From contig OY970067.1 of assembly GCA_963705305.1 (NCBI GenBank), positions 768,001 through 832,000 on the forward strand: a stretch of DNA of 64,000 nt, given 5' to 3'. The notes under the pieces were generated by a model. That model ran no database searches, was not told where the DNA came from, and was given only the letters and a program-made list of their open reading frames with translations. Made by a program: the position numbers and the translations under genes. Below, in pieces: positions 60,537 to 64,000 of this stretch. Position 1 is the stretch's first letter. The number at the start of each line of letters is the position of its first letter. The DNA is from an uncultured Methylomirabilota bacterium. GTDB taxonomy: Bacteria > Methylomirabilota > Methylomirabilia > Methylomirabilales > 2-02-FULL-66-22.

Positions 60537-61004
60537 ATGAAGAAAATCCTGGGTGTGGCGCTGGCGGCGGTATTGGTGCTGGGTGCAGGCGGAGCAGCCA
60601 TGGCATGGTGGGGAGGGCCAGGAATGGGCTACGGCTATGGGCCGGGAATGATGGGCTACGGTTTCCCGGAGCAGGGCGGCGGGTGGGGCCCCGGCGCAAT
60701 GGGTCCGCGGGGCGGCTGGGGACGCGGTGGATATGGTCCTGGGGGCGGCCCGTGCTGGGGCGGGAATCAGGGGGCTGCTGGGGTGAACGCCCCCGCCATC
60801 GACGAAGCCAAGGCCAAGGAGATCGCCTCCGACTACGTGAGCAAGAGTCTGCCCGGTTACACCGTCGAGAAGCTGGTCCGCTTCGAGCGGCCTCGCGGTC
60901 CGATGTACCAGGTGGAGGTCAAGGGCCCCAAGGGTGAGGTAGGCTACCTCACCATCAATCCCTTCGGGTACGTGCTCCCCATCGGGATGGGCCGCGCCCT
61001 GTGA
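60537..61004 (+). CDS. Secreted Gly/Met-rich protein with PepSY-like C-terminal domain
   Basis: Signal peptide ending AMA; GPGMG/GPGMMG repeats; IDEAKAKEIA...YQVEV...INP.G.V; strong RBS. Confidence 0.8.
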   Translation: MKKILGVALAAVLVLGAGGAAMAWWGGPGMGYGYGPGMMGYGFPEQGGGWGPGAMGPRGGWGRGGYGPGGGPCWGGNQGAAGVNAPAIDEAKAKEIASDYVSKSLPGYTVEKLVRFERPRGPMYQVEVKGPKGEVGYLTINPFGYVLPIGMGRAL

Positions 61005-61201
61005 GGCCGAACTCCGCCGGGGGCCGATGACTTTCCGGCCCCCGGCAGCCACGCCTTGCGAGCCTGGCCTCCTCGGTCCGCGGCCGCCACGCCGTTGCGT
61101 CACCGCCAGCGGACCCTGTCATCCGTCCCGGCCGCGTCCCCGGCTGGTGAGACCGTGAAGAGTATGTTAGGCTTGGTGGCCGGCACGCTCTGGAGGTCTC
61201 C

Positions 61202-63133
61202 ATGGCCGCTCCAACACATCCCCGCCTCCGATCGGCCCTGGCCTGGCCGGCCTTGCTGGCCACCGTCCTGCTGCTCATCCTTCTTTTCGGCGGCTATACC
61301 CTTGTGGAGTCGCGCCGGCTGCAAGCGAGTCTCGCCCACGAGCTCCAGAACCGGGCCGTGGCCCTCATCGGGGTCCTCGAGGCCACCAGCAAGAACGCCA
61401 TTGCCAGTAACGCCCTCCTGGAAGAGCTCCTCGCCCAGCGGCTCCTGGACAACGCCCGGTTCGTGGATTTCCTGCTCGGTAGAAGCCCCCGGGCTCCGGA
61501 GCTGATCCAGCGCCTCGTCGCCGAGAACCGGCTTGCCAAGGTGGAACTGCTTGATGCCGAGGGGCGTCCCGTTCCCATTTCCCGCATCCAGACCTCCCTG
61601 GCCCGACCCTGGGCAGGGCAGGGCGGCCCCTTTTCCAGGGGAGGCTTCGGGCGGGGACATGGTGGCGCGTCGGAAGGCGGGCCGGCTTCGGTCCCTCCTG
61701 GCTTCCGCGGCGGCATGGGACAGATGATGCAGGGCGGGATGATGGCCCCACCCGCGGAAGGCGGGCCGCGCGGTCCGGGGGGGCCGCGGGCCGGCGGGAT
61801 GCCCTTCATGTGGGGGGACCGCTGGTGGGGTGGGATGCACGCCGATCCCTCGGTCCTGTTCCCCTCCCTTCCCAAAGGGGCGAAGATCCGGCGCTTCTGG
61901 GAGGGCAGCGGATTCGGAGTCGCCATCCCGGCCCAGAGCTTCCGGGGGATCATCGCCGTCCATGCCGATGCCGATGACTTGGTCAACTTCCGCCGCCAAG
62001 TAGGGGTCGAGCACCTCATCGAGGAGCTGGGCCACCAGTCCGGCGTGGCCGGTGTGGCGCTCTTGGATCGGGATTTCACGGTGCTGGCCAGTACCGATTC
62101 TGCCGTGGTGGGCCGCCGCGAGGACGACCCCTTCCTGCGCACGGTCTGGCAGGCGGGCGCCGTGCGGGGACGGCAACTCCGGCTGCCGGACGGGCGTGAG
62201 GCGTACGAGGTCGTGAAGCCCTTCACGCTGCAGGAGGGCCACGCCGGCCTCATCCGCCTCGATATGAGCATGGCCGGCCTGACCGCCGTGGCCCGGCAGG
62301 CTCAGCGCAGCATCCTCTGGTACAGCCTCGGACTCCTGGCGGTCGGGGTCGTCGGCGCCGCGGGAATCTTTTGGGTCCAGGCGCGCCACCTGGCGGAGCG
62401 CCGCGCGCTGGAGGGGGCCATGGCACGGGAGCAGCGCCTGTCGGCCGTGGGGAACCTGGCCGCCGGGGTGGCGCACGAGATCCGCAACCCCCTGAACGCC
62501 ATCTCCATCGGCCTGCAGCGTCTGCGCCTGGAGTTCGCCCAACCGGACCCGGAGACCCAGGCGGAGTATTCCCGGTTCACCGAGATCATGCAGGCCGAGG
62601 TGGCGCGCCTCAACGGCATCGTGGATCGTTTTCTCGCCCTGGCGCGGCCGTCGCGTCTGACACTGGCGGAGGAGGAGCTGGCGCCGGTCCTGACCGATCT
62701 TTTGACGCTGCTGTCCTCGCAAGCGGAGGCCCAGAGGGTCACGGTGGCGCCCGATCTCCGTCTGGGGCCGGCCCGCGTCCGCATGGACCGGCAGGCCCTC
62801 GTCCACGCGCTGATGAACGTGCTGCTGAACGCCCTTCAGGCCATGCCGAACGGCGGGACTCTCGGGATCCAGGCCGCGGTCGAGCCCGCCTCAAATGCTC
62901 CGCAGCGGCAGGCCTGCATCCGGATCTCGGACAGCGGAGCGGGCATTTCGCCGGAACATCTGGAGCGGATCTTCGAGCCCTACTTCACCACCAAGGAGGG
63001 GGGAACGGGCCTGGGTCTGGCCCTGGCCCGGAAGGGCATCCTGGAGCACGAGGGCAGCATCCAGGCGGAGAGCCGGCCGGGAGGCGGCGCGAGCTTCACC
63101 ATCCGTCTGCCGGTGACACCCGGCCAAGTGTAG
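61202..63133 (+). CDS. Sensor histidine kinase (NtrB/ZraS-like)
   Basis: Two TM helices; AHEIRNPL H-box, N-box NALQA, DSGAG, FTTK, GTGLGL. Confidence 0.95.
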   Translation: MAAPTHPRLRSALAWPALLATVLLLILLFGGYTLVESRRLQASLAHELQNRAVALIGVLEATSKNAIASNALLEELLAQRLLDNARFVDFLLGRSPRAPELIQRLVAENRLAKVELLDAEGRPVPISRIQTSLARPWAGQGGPFSRGGFGRGHGGASEGGPASVPPGFRGGMGQMMQGGMMAPPAEGGPRGPGGPRAGGMPFMWGDRWWGGMHADPSVLFPSLPKGAKIRRFWEGSGFGVAIPAQSFRGIIAVHADADDLVNFRRQVGVEHLIEELGHQSGVAGVALLDRDFTVLASTDSAVVGRREDDPFLRTVWQAGAVRGRQLRLPDGREAYEVVKPFTLQEGHAGLIRLDMSMAGLTAVARQAQRSILWYSLGLLAVGVVGAAGIFWVQARHLAERRALEGAMAREQRLSAVGNLAAGVAHEIRNPLNAISIGLQRLRLEFAQPDPETQAEYSRFTEIMQAEVARLNGIVDRFLALARPSRLTLAEEELAPVLTDLLTLLSSQAEAQRVTVAPDLRLGPARVRMDRQALVHALMNVLLNALQAMPNGGTLGIQAAVEPASNAPQRQACIRISDSGAGISPEHLERIFEPYFTTKEGGTGLGLALARKGILEHEGSIQAESRPGGGASFTIRLPVTPGQV

Positions 63134-63161
63134 CCGCGTGCCGGAGCGAGGGGCCACAGCC

Positions 63162-64000
63162 ATGGACAGCCTTCAAATTCTGGTGGTCGACGACGAGACA
63201 TCCCAGCGCGAGCTGATCGGCGGCTTCCTGCGCAAGCAGGGGCACGAGGTCCTCGCGGCCGGCGGCGGCGAGGAGGCCCTGCACCTGATCCGCCAGCAGC
63301 GGGTGGACTTGGTCCTGAGCGACTTCAAAATGCCGGGGATGTCGGGGGTCGAATTGCTGCGGGCCGTCAAGGCGATGAATCCCGAGATCCCCTTCCTCCT
63401 GATGACCGCCTATGGCACGGTGGAGACAGCCGTCCAGGCCATGAAGGACGGCGCCGCGGACTACCTCACCAAGCCGCTGGACCTGCAGGAGCTTCTCCTC
63501 CGCATCGGCCGGGTCGCGGAGCAGCTGTCCCTGCGCACCGCCGTGCGGGACCTCCAAGCGCAACTGGCCGAGAGGCACCGCGTGGAGGGGATCGTCGGCG
63601 AAAGCGGCCGCATGCAGGAGGTCTTGGCGCTGGTGAGGCAGGTGGCCCCCGCGGATGCTACGGTCCTCATCCGTGGGGAGAGCGGCACCGGCAAGGAGTT
63701 GATCGCCCGGGCGATCCATTTCAACTCGCCGCGCGCCAAAGGGCCCCTGGTCACCCTGAACTGCGCCGCCCTCCCCGAGCACCTCCTGGAGAGCGAGCTG
63801 TTCGGCCATGAAAAGGGCGCCTTCACCGGGGCCGCGGCCCAACGCAAGGGCCGCTTCGAACTGGCGGATGGGGGCTCCATCTTCCTGGACGAGATCGGCG
63901 ACCTGTCGCTCCCGCTCCAGGCCAAGCTGCTGCGGGTCCTCCAGGAGCGCCGATTCGAGCGGCTGGGGGGCACCCGGACCCTCTCGGTGGACGTGCGCAT
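63162..64000 (+). CDS. Sigma54-dependent response regulator (NtrC/ZraR family), partial
   Basis: Manual translation: [19 protein letters not shown] receiver domain; [29 protein letters not shown]. Confidence 0.95.
   Translation, partial: MDSLQILVVDDETSQRELIGGFLRKQGHEVLAAGGGEEALHLIRQQRVDLVLSDFKMPGMSGVELLRAVKAMNPEIPFLLMTAYGTVETAVQAMKDGAADYLTKPLDLQELLLRIGRVAEQLSLRTAVRDLQAQLAERHRVEGIVGESGRMQEVLALVRQVAPADATVLIRGESGTGKELIARAIHFNSPRAKGPLVTLNCAALPEHLLESELFGHEKGAFTGAAAQRKGRFELADGGSIFLDEIGDLSLPLQAKLLRVLQERRFERLGGTRTLSVDVR

Overview
GC-rich bacterial chromosomal window with no rRNA, tRNA, CRISPR array or intact integrase that I could recognise. Most of it is metabolic and housekeeping genes: panB with a pan-motif-like leader, zwf, dhaKL, a split transketolase, an inositol locus combining iolE-like, iolM, iolN, iolO-like, uronate isomerase and a distant iolD, fabF with an acyl-CoA ligase, a Dpp/Opp ABC system lacking its ATPases, tdh-kbl, amrS, nfo, a galT-like gene, an FAD/Fe-S oxidase, msrA, ftsEX-envC-ctpA-tsaD-def, gltA, and a sigma54 two-component module at the right end. 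The most unusual signal is non-coding. (i) The first ~6.3 kb is a decayed mobility hotspot. It is bracketed by two diverged copies of a ~250-bp promoter/structured-RNA/terminator element and contains a Phd-RelE toxin-antitoxin pair, two RAYT (Y1 transposase) relics with GGGGACGTT end motifs, and an alpha/beta hydrolase followed by a degenerate integron attC-like site. (ii) Two families of small dispersed elements carry nested hairpin or oligomer-repeat modules. (iii) An unexplained 91-bp inverted-repeat structure lies between zwf and panB. All functional calls come from motif recognition by eye; no database search was run.
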